A DNA stretch of 43,523 nucleotides from Oculatellaceae cyanobacterium bins.114 (GTDB lineage: Bacteria; Cyanobacteriota; Cyanobacteriia; Elainellales; Elainellaceae), in assembly GCA_033764315.1 (NCBI GenBank), contig JANRJA010000113.1, positions 1 to 43,523 of the forward strand, in the 5' to 3' direction. Below are positions 12,926 to 22,639 of the stretch, piece by piece. Each line of letters begins with the position of its first letter. Position 1 is the first letter of the stretch. Made by a program: the position numbers and the translations under genes. Below the pieces are notes generated by a model that ran no database searches, was not told the DNA's origin, and saw nothing but the letters and a program-made list of their open reading frames with translations.

Positions 12926-14073
12926 CCATTAAACGTCAGTACAGCCTACCAAACTGCAAGCTGATTTTAGAAGGGGTGGGTGATGATAGCCTAACCGTTG
13001 GCGCACCTCGGCCATCGCTATCAATGGTGGTGAATGTTGAATGCCACATCATCGGACATGCCAAGCCCCTCGTTGGCGGCCAAGACTTTTTAATCAATTT
13101 AGTGAAGGCAACCACTGATTATGCTCAGGAATATCTCAGTGGTATTCGGCATCCCGCAATACACAATGGCAAACTAGAAGGGGTGCAGATTCAAGCACTT
13201 GAGCATGGGATGCATCGCTTAGTCGTGCATCCGCAAGCATTACCTGATCAAACAACGGCGGCTGAACCCATTCAAATCGATTTACAAACGGTTCAACTTT
13301 TTGACCTGGTTGAGGCGATCGACCAGTTGTGTGCTGACACGCAAACTCTACCTGAGGTATCTCTTAAACTCACTCCGTTGCCCAAACGCTATGCGGTTTC
13401 ACAAGAGCCTGTGAGCAAACGGGTTGTGCCAGCGGCGATCGGGGTGTCAGGGTTGGCGATCGCATCTGCACTGCTATTTATGATTCCAGTGCCAGAGGTG
13501 CGTCGTCCAGAACCCACTCAAGGTGGCCTAACTCAAGAATCTCCCATTGCCTCGCCAGCGGGTGCGGGTTCACCAACCCCCAATGGATCGGGTTCCCCTG
13601 AGCCATTGGTTTCTAGCCCAGCTGCAGCCGCAACCCCCAATCCAGAGCCTTCGGCTAGCCCAGATGCCAGTCCAGCGACCTCAGAGACCAATGCTTCTGA
13701 GGCAACAGCGGCCAATATTTTTGATTCTGCGCCTACTATTACTGATTCTGCTCAAGTCGGTGACTTGGGTCAGGCGTTGCGGAGCGAGCTGGACGAAGCG
13801 TGGAGCACCCGTCCTAGCTTTACAGAAGACTTAATCTATCGGGTCGGGGTTGCTGAAAACGGCGATATCATCGGCTTTGATTACGAAAACGATGCTGCAT
13901 TAGAGCATCGCCAGGAAGTGCCGTTGTTAGATTTGTTGTATAACCCCACAGACACGCCTACGAATGAGCCAATCGCTGATTTTCGAGTCGTCTTCACTCC
14001 GCAGGGGGTGGTTGAGGTTAGCCCCTGGCACGGTCGGGTGACTCCAGAAAGCAGTCCAACATCCACACCGTAG
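12922..14073 (+). CDS. DUF4335-family membrane protein
   Basis: RQYSLPNCKLILEG and QLFDLVEAIDQ motifs, a TM segment, a Pro/Ser/Thr linker and a C-terminal FRVVFTPQGVVEVSPW; translationally coupled to DUF3038. Confidence 0.82.
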   Translation: MTIKRQYSLPNCKLILEGVGDDSLTVGAPRPSLSMVVNVECHIIGHAKPLVGGQDFLINLVKATTDYAQEYLSGIRHPAIHNGKLEGVQIQALEHGMHRLVVHPQALPDQTTAAEPIQIDLQTVQLFDLVEAIDQLCADTQTLPEVSLKLTPLPKRYAVSQEPVSKRVVPAAIGVSGLAIASALLFMIPVPEVRRPEPTQGGLTQESPIASPAGAGSPTPNGSGSPEPLVSSPAAAATPNPEPSASPDASPATSETNASEATAANIFDSAPTITDSAQVGDLGQALRSELDEAWSTRPSFTEDLIYRVGVAENGDIIGFDYENDAALEHRQEVPLLDLLYNPTDTPTNEPIADFRVVFTPQGVVEVSPWHGRVTPESSPTSTP

Positions 14074-14085
14074 GGATGACATTCG

Positions 14086-14119
14086 AGAACCCCGAAACTT
14101 TCAAAAATTCCGGGGTTCT
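14086..14119. terminator. Hairpin between convergent genes
   Basis: AGAACCCCG...CGGGGTTCT inverted repeat between two converging stop codons. Confidence 0.55.
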
Positions 14120-14126
14120 TGTGTAA

Positions 14127-15032
14127 CTAGCGGTGGGCTTGAGGCCCTGCCCAAATATTCGTCACAGTTTGACCAAAAGTAACGGGTTGATCTTCGATCG
14201 CCGCGATGGTTTGTCCACTAAAATCAACAGCCCACAGATTCCAAATTTCATCCCCAATTTGCCCTGCCCGAAACAGAACTCGATCAGGGTCAGTCTGACT
14301 CCAGCCCAACAAAATAGCGTTACTATATTGCACCCCATTAGGGGCGATCGTGCGAATGCGGTTGGTTTGACGTTCCCAAATCACCGCAAAATCAGAGGCA
14401 ATATCCGTCCCAAAGAGGGATTCAAATTCGCGTGCCAAAACGCGATCGCCTGAGGCAGACCAAGCCACGGGGATCAAAATAGCGATCGTTCCCGCTCGTT
14501 GAGGCTCAGCATCAGCCGCAAAGGGATTGTCTGCAAACGGAGAGGCGGCTGTCACTGTTTGTAAATCACCCGTTCTGAGATTTTCAACAAACAACACACT
14601 GTTGACTCGACTATGGGTAAAGTCGGGCATCACCTGCATTTGAATGCGACTGTAAGCCGCAAATTGACCATCGGGTGAGATTAATGCTTGAGTGCGATAG
14701 TATCGAAGTTTAGGAGTTGCCCCTATACTTCCTTCGTCTTGAGTGGCTAAAACCCAGTTCCAGGGGATTGGATAGGGGCTATTAAGGGGATCAAGCTGAA
14801 CAGAATGCTGCGTCATGTCAGGTTCAGGAGCAATGTCAGATTCAGGAGCAATGTCAGATGGAGAGGAATAGGGGGCGAGCTCAGTAGTAACTGATTCAGA
14901 ACTCGCTAATGCAGACCCGGAATGCTTTAACGGAGAAAATAGTAGCCCCAATGGTAATGACCAAAACGCAGCGACTATCAAACAAGATGATTGTCGAAAC
15001 AACCATCTCACAGGTGATGTTGCGTGGCGCAT
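14127..15032 (-). CDS. Hypothetical exported protein with propeller-like (SPDG/WS) blades
   Basis: 301-aa ORF with GAGG RBS, hydrophobic N-terminus and TolB-like motifs ISPDGQFAAYS, VAWSASGDRVL and LGWSQTDPDRVLF. Confidence 0.8.
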   Translation of the reverse strand: MRHATSPVRWLFRQSSCLIVAAFWSLPLGLLFSPLKHSGSALASSESVTTELAPYSSPSDIAPESDIAPEPDMTQHSVQLDPLNSPYPIPWNWVLATQDEGSIGATPKLRYYRTQALISPDGQFAAYSRIQMQVMPDFTHSRVNSVLFVENLRTGDLQTVTAASPFADNPFAADAEPQRAGTIAILIPVAWSASGDRVLAREFESLFGTDIASDFAVIWERQTNRIRTIAPNGVQYSNAILLGWSQTDPDRVLFRAGQIGDEIWNLWAVDFSGQTIAAIEDQPVTFGQTVTNIWAGPQAHR

Positions 15033-15196
15033 GATGAAAACCTCTTTAGAGAATCGGTTGAGTGTGAGCAGTCGCGCCAGCTCGGCAGTAAAATCTTTCG
15101 TATTCTTCTATGTATAGCAAGTGATGAGGCATCCAACCAGGAACTCTACGAGTTTTTAACAGACTTAAACAAGTGATACCTTCATAGGGTGAATCT

Positions 15197-15901
15197 ATGA
15201 CTAAAACTTCACCAACCTCAATTCATGACCCATCCATGACTCCTAAGCCACACCCTGTGCGCTCGTTTTTAGTCCTGGTGTTTCGACTGTTGCTCTTGGG
15301 GATCGGTGGAGGATTTGCAGCCCTTTTGGGAGTGGCGATCGCCCATTTTCGTCCAGCTTTAAACCCCAGTGAACCGTTAGTCTCACGACTCTTTCATCAA
15401 TCAGCTCAGATCATTCACCGGGCCAATCGCTCAGCTCCTACTCCTGCTAGTGCACCGCCTGTTGCAACGGCTCCCTCTGGTGCAGGAACTGCGACACCCG
15501 CCACATCAGCCACTCCAGCGGTTGTCACGACTAATCTGGATACCCTGACATTTACACTGCCGAGTGATGCTTTATTTGAAGCCGATCAAACGGTGTTGCG
15601 CCCTGATACTCAGTCCATTTTGGATGCCGTCAAACAAGATATTCAGCGTTATCCAGGTGCGGTCATTTATATCGCATCCCATACAGACTCAGATATCGCC
15701 TCTGCTTCAGAGAGTCCTTCTCAAAGTCGCACTCGTTCGCTAGCACAAGCACAAGCGATCGAACAGGATCTGGCCGAAACTCTAGGCGATCGCTATCACT
15801 GGGTCACGATTGGCTATGGTAGCACCCGTCCCCTTGTGCCAAATGATAGCCCAATCAACCAGCAACGTAATCGTCGTATTGAGATCATTATTGAACCGTA
15901 A
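15197..15901 (+). CDS. OmpA/MotB-like peptidoglycan-binding membrane protein
   Basis: N-terminal TM helix, LPSDALF, SHTD, LAQAQAI and GYGSTRPLVPNDSPINQQRNRRIEI motifs. Confidence 0.88.
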   Translation: MTKTSPTSIHDPSMTPKPHPVRSFLVLVFRLLLLGIGGGFAALLGVAIAHFRPALNPSEPLVSRLFHQSAQIIHRANRSAPTPASAPPVATAPSGAGTATPATSATPAVVTTNLDTLTFTLPSDALFEADQTVLRPDTQSILDAVKQDIQRYPGAVIYIASHTDSDIASASESPSQSRTRSLAQAQAIEQDLAETLGDRYHWVTIGYGSTRPLVPNDSPINQQRNRRIEIIIEP

Positions 15902-15946
15902 TCATTGCAGCGAAGGAGGGGTTAAGCTGACCTCTCAACCGGATCT

Positions 15947-16939
15947 ATGCCCATGAGACTTGTTTTTTTTGGAACCCCAGAATTTGCAGTGCCCAGCTTA
16001 AAAACACTTTTGAGTCATCCTGACTTTGATGTGTTGGCCGTTGTGACTCAACCCGACAAACGACGAGGACGGGGAACCGATCTGTCACCTTCGCCCATCA
16101 AGGCGATCGCCTTAGAGCATCAACTTACAGTATGGCAACCCGCCCGCATCAAAAAAGATGCTGATACGCTGCAACAGTTGCGAGACACTAACGCCGATGC
16201 CTTTGTGGTGGTTGCTTATGGGCAAATCTTGTCACAAGAGATTTTAGAGATGCCGCGATTGGGTTGCATCAACGCCCACGGTTCTTTGTTGCCCTATTAT
16301 CGAGGTGCTGCCCCGATTCAATGGAGCATTTATCATGGGGAAACCACAACGGGGATCACGACCATGTTGATGGATGCAGGCATGGATACGGGTGCGATGT
16401 TGGTTAAGGCAACCACCCCAATTGGCTTAATGGATAATGCCTGGGATCTGGCAACCACTCTATCGGCGATCGCGGCTGATACGTTAGTCGAAACCTTAAT
16501 TGGGTTAGATCAACAAACCATCCAACCCGTTTCCCAAGACCATGAGCAAGCTACCTATGCGCCACTGATCAAAAAAGAAGATTATCAGTTGAATTGGTCA
16601 CGCTCTGCGATCGCTCTCCATAATCAGGTGCGGGGGTTCTATCCCAACTGTGTCACCCTTTTTCGGGGGGCTGCGCTCAAAGTCATCCAGACCATGCCGC
16701 TCAACGCAACTGTTGAGTTAACCTCAGACTTGCAAGCCGAGGTCGAACGTCTCACCAGAAATCAATCCACTGCTCCTGGAACCGTTGTGAGTATTGTCAA
16801 AAATCAAGGCTTGGTCGTGCAAACGGGCGATGGGCTGTTGTTACTCACCGAAGTGCAACTAGCAGGCAAGCGATCGCAATCAGGCTGGGATTTTGTCAAC
16901 GGCACTCGGTTGACGGTGGGTGAGCCGTTGGGAGCGTAA
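15947..16939 (+). CDS. fmt: Methionyl-tRNA formyltransferase
   Basis: [42 protein letters not shown] and MDAGMDTG motifs. Confidence 0.97.
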   Translation: MPMRLVFFGTPEFAVPSLKTLLSHPDFDVLAVVTQPDKRRGRGTDLSPSPIKAIALEHQLTVWQPARIKKDADTLQQLRDTNADAFVVVAYGQILSQEILEMPRLGCINAHGSLLPYYRGAAPIQWSIYHGETTTGITTMLMDAGMDTGAMLVKATTPIGLMDNAWDLATTLSAIAADTLVETLIGLDQQTIQPVSQDHEQATYAPLIKKEDYQLNWSRSAIALHNQVRGFYPNCVTLFRGAALKVIQTMPLNATVELTSDLQAEVERLTRNQSTAPGTVVSIVKNQGLVVQTGDGLLLLTEVQLAGKRSQSGWDFVNGTRLTVGEPLGA

Positions 16940-17076
16940 ATGTTGAATTTATGTCTTGCCTTTATAAACCCAACTCTAGATTGGAGTGATTCAACCTGTG
17001 GTCAGGCACGCAAAAAATATCTCATCTCGCTAGATGAGAGAGCAAATTGTACAGTAGCAGTAACCCTATGGCAGGT

Positions 17077-17607
17077 TTACTGGCTTTTTAGCCGAGTTAA
17101 CATATCGTCAAACCGAGCCTGCCCCACTGCAACCGTTTCAGCCATGTCTGGGTCAACCCCATTGTTTTCTGCGGCAGGCTTGTCTTTGTCGTCGCCCAAT
17201 TGCTTAACCGTGCCACGCAATCGATGAGACAGCATGATGGCTAATGCCCGATAAAATCGGCAACCAAATGCAATATCTTGTTTGAGCTTTTCGGCAAGCT
17301 GAGTTCGAGGAATAGCAAGCACCAAGCAGTTTTCTAAGGTTTGCACCGTTGCTGAAGGAGGACGAGAATCGACAAATGACATTTCTCCAACGACTTCACC
17401 ACTGGATAGCCGAGCGACCTCACGTCCGGTCATCGCTGAAATTGAAACTACCAATGTTCCTTCTAACAAAATGTATAACGTGTCTACCGGCTTGCCCTCA
17501 CTAATGAGAGTTGTCCCCGAAGAAACATCTTGCTTACTACCAACCCTAATTAACCAATCAATATCTGCATCATCCAACTCACTCAAAATGAACAGGACTT
17601 TCTTCAT
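17077..17607 (-). CDS. Stand-alone cyclic-nucleotide-binding domain protein
   Basis: LISEGKPVDTLYILLEG...GEVVGEMSFVDSRPPSATV cNMP signature, no HTH. AAGGA RBS before ATG 17607. Confidence 0.88.
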   Translation of the reverse strand: MKKVLFILSELDDADIDWLIRVGSKQDVSSGTTLISEGKPVDTLYILLEGTLVVSISAMTGREVARLSSGEVVGEMSFVDSRPPSATVQTLENCLVLAIPRTQLAEKLKQDIAFGCRFYRALAIMLSHRLRGTVKQLGDDKDKPAAENNGVDPDMAETVAVGQARFDDMLTRLKSQ

Positions 17608-17854
17608 ACATGAATTCCTTACGCAAAGTTGTGCTGGTAGACCCAGTTCTGTCATCCCATTGCACCCTGATTGCAGTTGTTTTTGATGGTGTATCAAAAC
17701 AACGCTGTTGTCGAAAGCACCCGATCAATAGCAAGCCTATCTTTTTATACCAACATTACCCAAGCACGTCATGATACTTCTTAGATAATCTCGGATTTTA
17801 TCTTGATTGCCCCTGTTTTTTGCATCTTGCTCGTTTTTCACCTGTCTCCATCCT

Positions 17855-20095
17855 ATGACTCTTTTTGACCAACATCGTCAACAACTAGTAGAGACAGAAG
17901 CTCCCTTAGCCGCTCGTCTGCGACCTCGTACGTTGGATGAGTTTATTGGGCAAGACCACATTATTGGTCAGGGGCGATTGTTGCGACGGGCGATTCAAGC
18001 CGATCAGTTGTCATCGCTCATTTTTTACGGGCCTCCGGGGACGGGCAAAACCACACTGGCGCAGATTATTGCCAACACGACCCATGCCCACTTCATCTCC
18101 ATTAATGCTGTTTTAGCTGGGGTTAAAGAGATTCGAGAGGCGATCGCCACCGCTCAAGAACAACAGGGGATGTATAGTCGGCGCACCATTTTGTTTGTGG
18201 ATGAAGTGCATCGCTTTAACAAAGCCCAACAGGATGCACTGTTGCCCTGGGTCGAGAATGGCACAGTGACCTTAATTGGGGCAACCACTGAAAATCCTTA
18301 CTTTGAGGTCAACAAAGCCCTCGTCAGTCGATCGCGCCTCTTTCAACTCAAGCCCCTAACAGAAGCTGACCTAAATGGCATCATCGACCAAGCCCTCACA
18401 GATGGCGATCGCGGCTATGGACATCGAACCATTCAAATGGCCCCAGAAGCTCGAAGGCATCTGATCAATGTCTCCAACGGTGACGCACGAGCCCTTCTCA
18501 ATGCCCTAGAGCTAGCTGTAGAAACTACTCCCCCCGATCAGACAGGCGTGATTTACATCACCCTGGCGGTGGCAGAAGAGTCCATTCAACAGCGGGCAGT
18601 GCTCTATGACAAAGAAGGGGATGCCCACTTTGATACGATCAGTGCCTTTATCAAAAGCCTACGCGGTTCTGACCCGGATGCGGCTCTCTATTGGTTAGCC
18701 CGCATGGTCTATGCTGGCGAAGACCCACGTTTTATTTTTCGGCGGTTGGTGATTTTGGCGAGTGAAGACGTGGGGTTGGCCGATCCGCAAGCAGTGGCGA
18801 TCGTCAATGCCTGTGCTCAAGCCTTTGACCGAGTGGGCATGCCAGAGGGACGCTATCCCCTCGCCCAGGCCACCCTGTATCTTGCCACAACCCCCAAATC
18901 AAATAGTGTCATGGGCTTTTTTGATGCGCTAGCCGCTATTGAGCAAGAACGGGAGGAAGACGTGCCTCTGCATTTGCGCGATGCCAATCGAGATAAAGAC
19001 TTGGGGCATGGCAAAGGGTATCTCTATCCCCACTCCTATCGAGAACACTGGGTCGCTCAGCAATATTTGCCCGGTAGCTTGCAAGGACAGGTATTTTATC
19101 AACCGTCTGACCAGGGCTATGAGGCGCAGATTCAACACACAGTTGCTCAACGTCGAGAAGCCCAATTAGCGGCTCTGGTTGAAGGAGTTGGAGTGGCATT
19201 GCCAGAAGTCTTGACCTTTAGCCCTACCAACTCAGCCCAAGATCGATGGTTGCAGCGTACCTTGAGTCAGATGGGCGATCGCTTGGGAGAGGTGCGCGAT
19301 CGCCTATTCATCATGGCGGACCCCCAACGTCATCACCTGATTTTGGATCTCAATGCCGGGAGCGGGTTACTCACCTGGGAAGCCATTCGTCGTACCCCAG
19401 AGGGCGGTGTCTATGCTTGTGTCTATAACTCGACTGATGCCACTGCCTTACAAGAACAAGCGGCAGCTTTGCCAGAGTTAGCCCGTCCCGTTATTGTGCC
19501 AGAAGTGCCTCTGCGTGATCTGCCCACTCATCTCGCTCAAGCCGCTGTAACCTTTGATTGCATTATGGGACGCAATGCTCTGCTGCACGAACCTGACAAA
19601 GGGGCTGTGTTGCAGAACCTAATATCTTTGTTACGCCCTGACGGAACTATCGTTTTGGCTGAAACCGTGTCTCGCTATAGCCAACGACTCTATCAGTTGA
19701 TTGACTCTGCCTCACTGGGTAACAAACTCTATAACCGTTTAGTCGCAGCCGAAGAAGCCATTTACACCAATACGGATGATCCAGCAATGAACTGGGATGT
19801 TGAAGACTTGCGATCGCCACTACAAGCCCTTGGACTGCGCGTCAAGATTCACTTAGAGCACTCTCAAACCGAACTTCGCATTACCCCCACCCTGCTACAG
19901 CGTTGGTTTAGCGTCGGGCGCGATGCAAAGCAGTTTCCCCGTCAGGGTAATCGCCCCAGCTATTTAGATTATCTGGCAAAAGCATTAACCGAGGCAGAAC
20001 TGTCAAAAGTGCGAGATCTCTTTATGCAGCAATTACGCGACCAATCGGTTCAGTGGGCGGGCGCGATCGCCTTTATTCAAATCAAATCTTGTTGA
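17855..20095 (+). CDS. rarA: Replication-associated recombination ATPase RarA/MgsA with C-terminal class I SAM-methyltransferase-like domain
   Basis: APLAARLRP, Walker [45 protein letters not shown] and GYLYPH motifs; an extra C-terminal region of roughly 280 aa with [19 protein letters not shown] and LLRPDG. Start taken at ATG 17855. Confidence 0.9.
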   Translation: MTLFDQHRQQLVETEAPLAARLRPRTLDEFIGQDHIIGQGRLLRRAIQADQLSSLIFYGPPGTGKTTLAQIIANTTHAHFISINAVLAGVKEIREAIATAQEQQGMYSRRTILFVDEVHRFNKAQQDALLPWVENGTVTLIGATTENPYFEVNKALVSRSRLFQLKPLTEADLNGIIDQALTDGDRGYGHRTIQMAPEARRHLINVSNGDARALLNALELAVETTPPDQTGVIYITLAVAEESIQQRAVLYDKEGDAHFDTISAFIKSLRGSDPDAALYWLARMVYAGEDPRFIFRRLVILASEDVGLADPQAVAIVNACAQAFDRVGMPEGRYPLAQATLYLATTPKSNSVMGFFDALAAIEQEREEDVPLHLRDANRDKDLGHGKGYLYPHSYREHWVAQQYLPGSLQGQVFYQPSDQGYEAQIQHTVAQRREAQLAALVEGVGVALPEVLTFSPTNSAQDRWLQRTLSQMGDRLGEVRDRLFIMADPQRHHLILDLNAGSGLLTWEAIRRTPEGGVYACVYNSTDATALQEQAAALPELARPVIVPEVPLRDLPTHLAQAAVTFDCIMGRNALLHEPDKGAVLQNLISLLRPDGTIVLAETVSRYSQRLYQLIDSASLGNKLYNRLVAAEEAIYTNTDDPAMNWDVEDLRSPLQALGLRVKIHLEHSQTELRITPTLLQRWFSVGRDAKQFPRQGNRPSYLDYLAKALTEAELSKVRDLFMQQLRDQSVQWAGAIAFIQIKSC

Positions 20096-20110
20096 ATAGA
20101 GCAATCTTGA

Positions 20111-20262
20111 CAAGCTCTCATGCATCAAGTTCTCATGTATAGCCGTAGTCATTCAGGTTAGGACGGGGTGCAGGGGTGGAACCCCTGGCTGGGTGCACTG
20201 CCCCCACACCCCCTATGTCCTCAGTTAGCTGGCTAAAGCTATATCAAGCTCTCATGCATCAA
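20111..20262. repeat. 15-bp tandem repeat (CAAGCTCTCATGCAT x3) interrupted by a MITE
   Basis: CAAGCTCTCATGCAT / CAAGTTCTCATGTA[insertion]T / CAAGCTCTCATGCAT / CAAG. Confidence 0.75.
20138..20243. mobile_element. MITE family C, copy 2 (TA target duplication, IS630/Tc1-like behaviour)
   Basis: Imperfect terminal inverted repeats TATAGCCGTAGTC...GGAC / GTCC...GGCTAAAGCTATA. Removing it with one TA restores the 15-bp tandem unit. Confidence 0.85.
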
Positions 20263-20326
20263 GAGTTGAGATGTGATGAAAAACACGTTTGGCTCAACTT
20301 TCGATACAACATCTGACCTATATCTA

Positions 20327-20425
20327 ACACCCATTTGAATTGGCTTCGCTGCACATGATTTCGTCAGGGCGTTTCGCAAAACGCTTCTACCCAGATCTCT
20401 GTCACCATCAAAAACTAAATCGACA
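20327..20425. repeat. Family B ~100-bp repeat with REP-like core
   Basis: Aligns with the reverse complement of 41609-41707 (shared AATTGGCTTCGCTGCACA, palindromic core, CACC.TCAAA..TAAATCG). Confidence 0.8.
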
Positions 20426-21145
20426 TAACACAACATTTGACACAACAAGTATTGCTTGAGTCTAAGTAGAGCCATGCTATTAAGACTGTGAGATGAGACT
20501 GTGAGATAGAGTCGTTTCATCACTCTTTTTGACAATCTTCCGGTTCACAAAACTCTCAATAGTTGGAGCGATCGCTCTGTCCAAAAATCAATCTCTCGTT
20601 TCTATTCATACATTCCGTTTGACTCCGCACTGAGCACTCAGCGTTGAGTATTCAGGGGGTTCTCTAAGTTCTAATCAGCACACGGGGCAAAATCCATTCA
20701 AAATTCTTGGTCAGAGTATGATTTGAGACGGATCAACATCTGCTTTGATCCCCGGAATCCTGGTTAAAATAAGGCATTGGAATGCCTCTCAACGCTTCCC
20801 TAACTTGACCAGAGTGAGCAGACATCGGGCGGCAAAAATAGCTGCATTTCTACAGAATGAGTTTAAAATCACCCCTCTAGTAGGCGAATTATGGCTCTCT
20901 TTACTGCATGCTAGTTCGGTAAACCCTACCCCTGTTTTCCAGATAGAATCCCCTTCTCAATCAACGCTTGCCTACTGCTAAGACACTTGTGCGTCGTTGT
21001 TAAGGAATGGCTGTGAACATTTAGGCGGAATTGAGATCGGTTATCCACATTCGCTTAATTCTTTAGCTAGATGAAGAATTAAAAAAGATTCTGTAGAATC
21101 ATAGAAAATTTTTACATTTCTTTTAATTTCCCCAGGAGGTTTGTT

Positions 21146-22234
21146 ATGCGGATTGCCCAAGTTTCCCCACTATGGGAGCGTGTGCCACCTCCGGCATACG
21201 GCGGCACTGAACTGGTTGTCAGTTTGTTAACCGATGAATTGGTTCGGCGCGGTCATGATGTTACTCTATTTGCCTCAGGCGACTCCATTACGCTTGCTAA
21301 CTTAGAATCGGCTTATCCGCGTGCGCTACGCCTTGACTCCACTGTCAAAGAGCCTGCTATCTATGAGATGTTGCAGTTAAGTGAGGTATATGAGCGAGCA
21401 GACGAGTTTGACATTATTCACTCCCACATGGGTTGCGCTGCGTTGCCTTATACCCGTTTGGTGAAAACGCCGACAGTCCACACCATGCATGGCATCTTCA
21501 CACCCGACAATGAAAAGATGTTTCTCCATGCTCGCAATCAGCCCTATGTCAGTATTTCTGATTCACAACGCGAACCCAAATTAGGGTTAAATTACGTTGC
21601 AACGGTATACAACGGTATTGATGTTGATAGTTACCAATTTCATGAAACCCCTCAAGAGTCGCCTTATTTAGCATTTTTGGGACGGATTTCACCGGAGAAA
21701 GGAGCACACTTAGCCATCGAAATTGCTAAGCGGACAGGCTTTCAACTCAAAATGGCAGGTAAGATTGATGCCGTAGACGTTGACTATTATGAGGAGCAAA
21801 TTAAGCCCTTCATTGACGGTGAACAAATTCAATTTTTAGGGGAAGCTAACCACGTTCAAAAGAATGCTTTGATGGGTGGAGCGATCGCCACACTATTCCC
21901 CATTACCTGGCGAGAGCCGTTTGGGTTGGTCATGGTCGAGTCGATGGCATCTGGAACCCCTGTGATTGCGATGGAACTGGGATCTACTCGAGAAGTCATT
22001 GTGCAGGGTGAAACAGGGTTTTTGTGCAACTCTGTGGATGAATGTGTTGAAGCGGTCAAACAAATTCCTCAGATCAGCCGCTTAGAGTGCCGTCAACACA
22101 TCGAGCGCAATTTTAGTGTGACCCGCATGGTAGATGGATATGAAGCGGTCTATCAACAATTGATTGAGAGCCGCTTTGCTAAGAACGGTCACGTCTATAG
22201 TGTTGCTGGACGTCAACGCGATCGCTCGTTTTGA
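21146..22234 (+). CDS. Glycosyltransferase family 4
   Basis: MRIAQVSPLWERVPPPAYGGTE, FLGRISPEKG and WREPFGLVMVESMASGTPV (EX7E) motifs; AGGAGG RBS. Confidence 0.93.
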   Translation: MRIAQVSPLWERVPPPAYGGTELVVSLLTDELVRRGHDVTLFASGDSITLANLESAYPRALRLDSTVKEPAIYEMLQLSEVYERADEFDIIHSHMGCAALPYTRLVKTPTVHTMHGIFTPDNEKMFLHARNQPYVSISDSQREPKLGLNYVATVYNGIDVDSYQFHETPQESPYLAFLGRISPEKGAHLAIEIAKRTGFQLKMAGKIDAVDVDYYEEQIKPFIDGEQIQFLGEANHVQKNALMGGAIATLFPITWREPFGLVMVESMASGTPVIAMELGSTREVIVQGETGFLCNSVDECVEAVKQIPQISRLECRQHIERNFSVTRMVDGYEAVYQQLIESRFAKNGHVYSVAGRQRDRSF

Positions 22235-22274
22235 GCGGTGATTGAGTTCTTCAAGAAATCCTGACCTGCTCTTA

Positions 22275-22314
22275 AGGGCTGAGCGACATTTTTACGCCTC
22301 AGTCCCTCATTTTT
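22275..22314 (+). terminator. Possible terminator after GT4
   Basis: AGGGCTGAGCG...CGCCTCAGTCCCT imperfect stem followed by CATTTTT. Confidence 0.45.
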
Positions 22315-22639
22315 GCAGTTCTAAAGTGGCTGTAATACAGTGGCTGTAATCACAGTGTAAAAACTCGATGCAGCCACTTAATGTCTAGATATTAACTGGG
22401 CATAGACTAGACATGACTGTCCGTTTGTCCACTCCTGAAGTCACCCTTGCAGACTTTAAGAGATACAATGACAACACGTTTATTTTTATTAAGAACCTAT
22501 TTTGTTTGCTACAGTTCAACTCTATTTTTACGATTGTCCAAAATCTACATCGAATATTTAAGGTTCAAACTCAACCTTTCACCCATAAACCGTTTAAAAC
22601 AGTAGTTGCCCTTTAGCTGAAAATATCCTTTACTGAGCC

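Noticed and set aside
14824..14859. 18-bp tandem duplication
   Set aside because: Encodes SDIAPE x2 in a disordered linker; ordinary slippage.
20239..20981. ORFs 20239-20535 and 20745-20981
   Set aside because: Non-ATG starts, no RBS, no recognisable motifs, and the first overlaps repeat elements.
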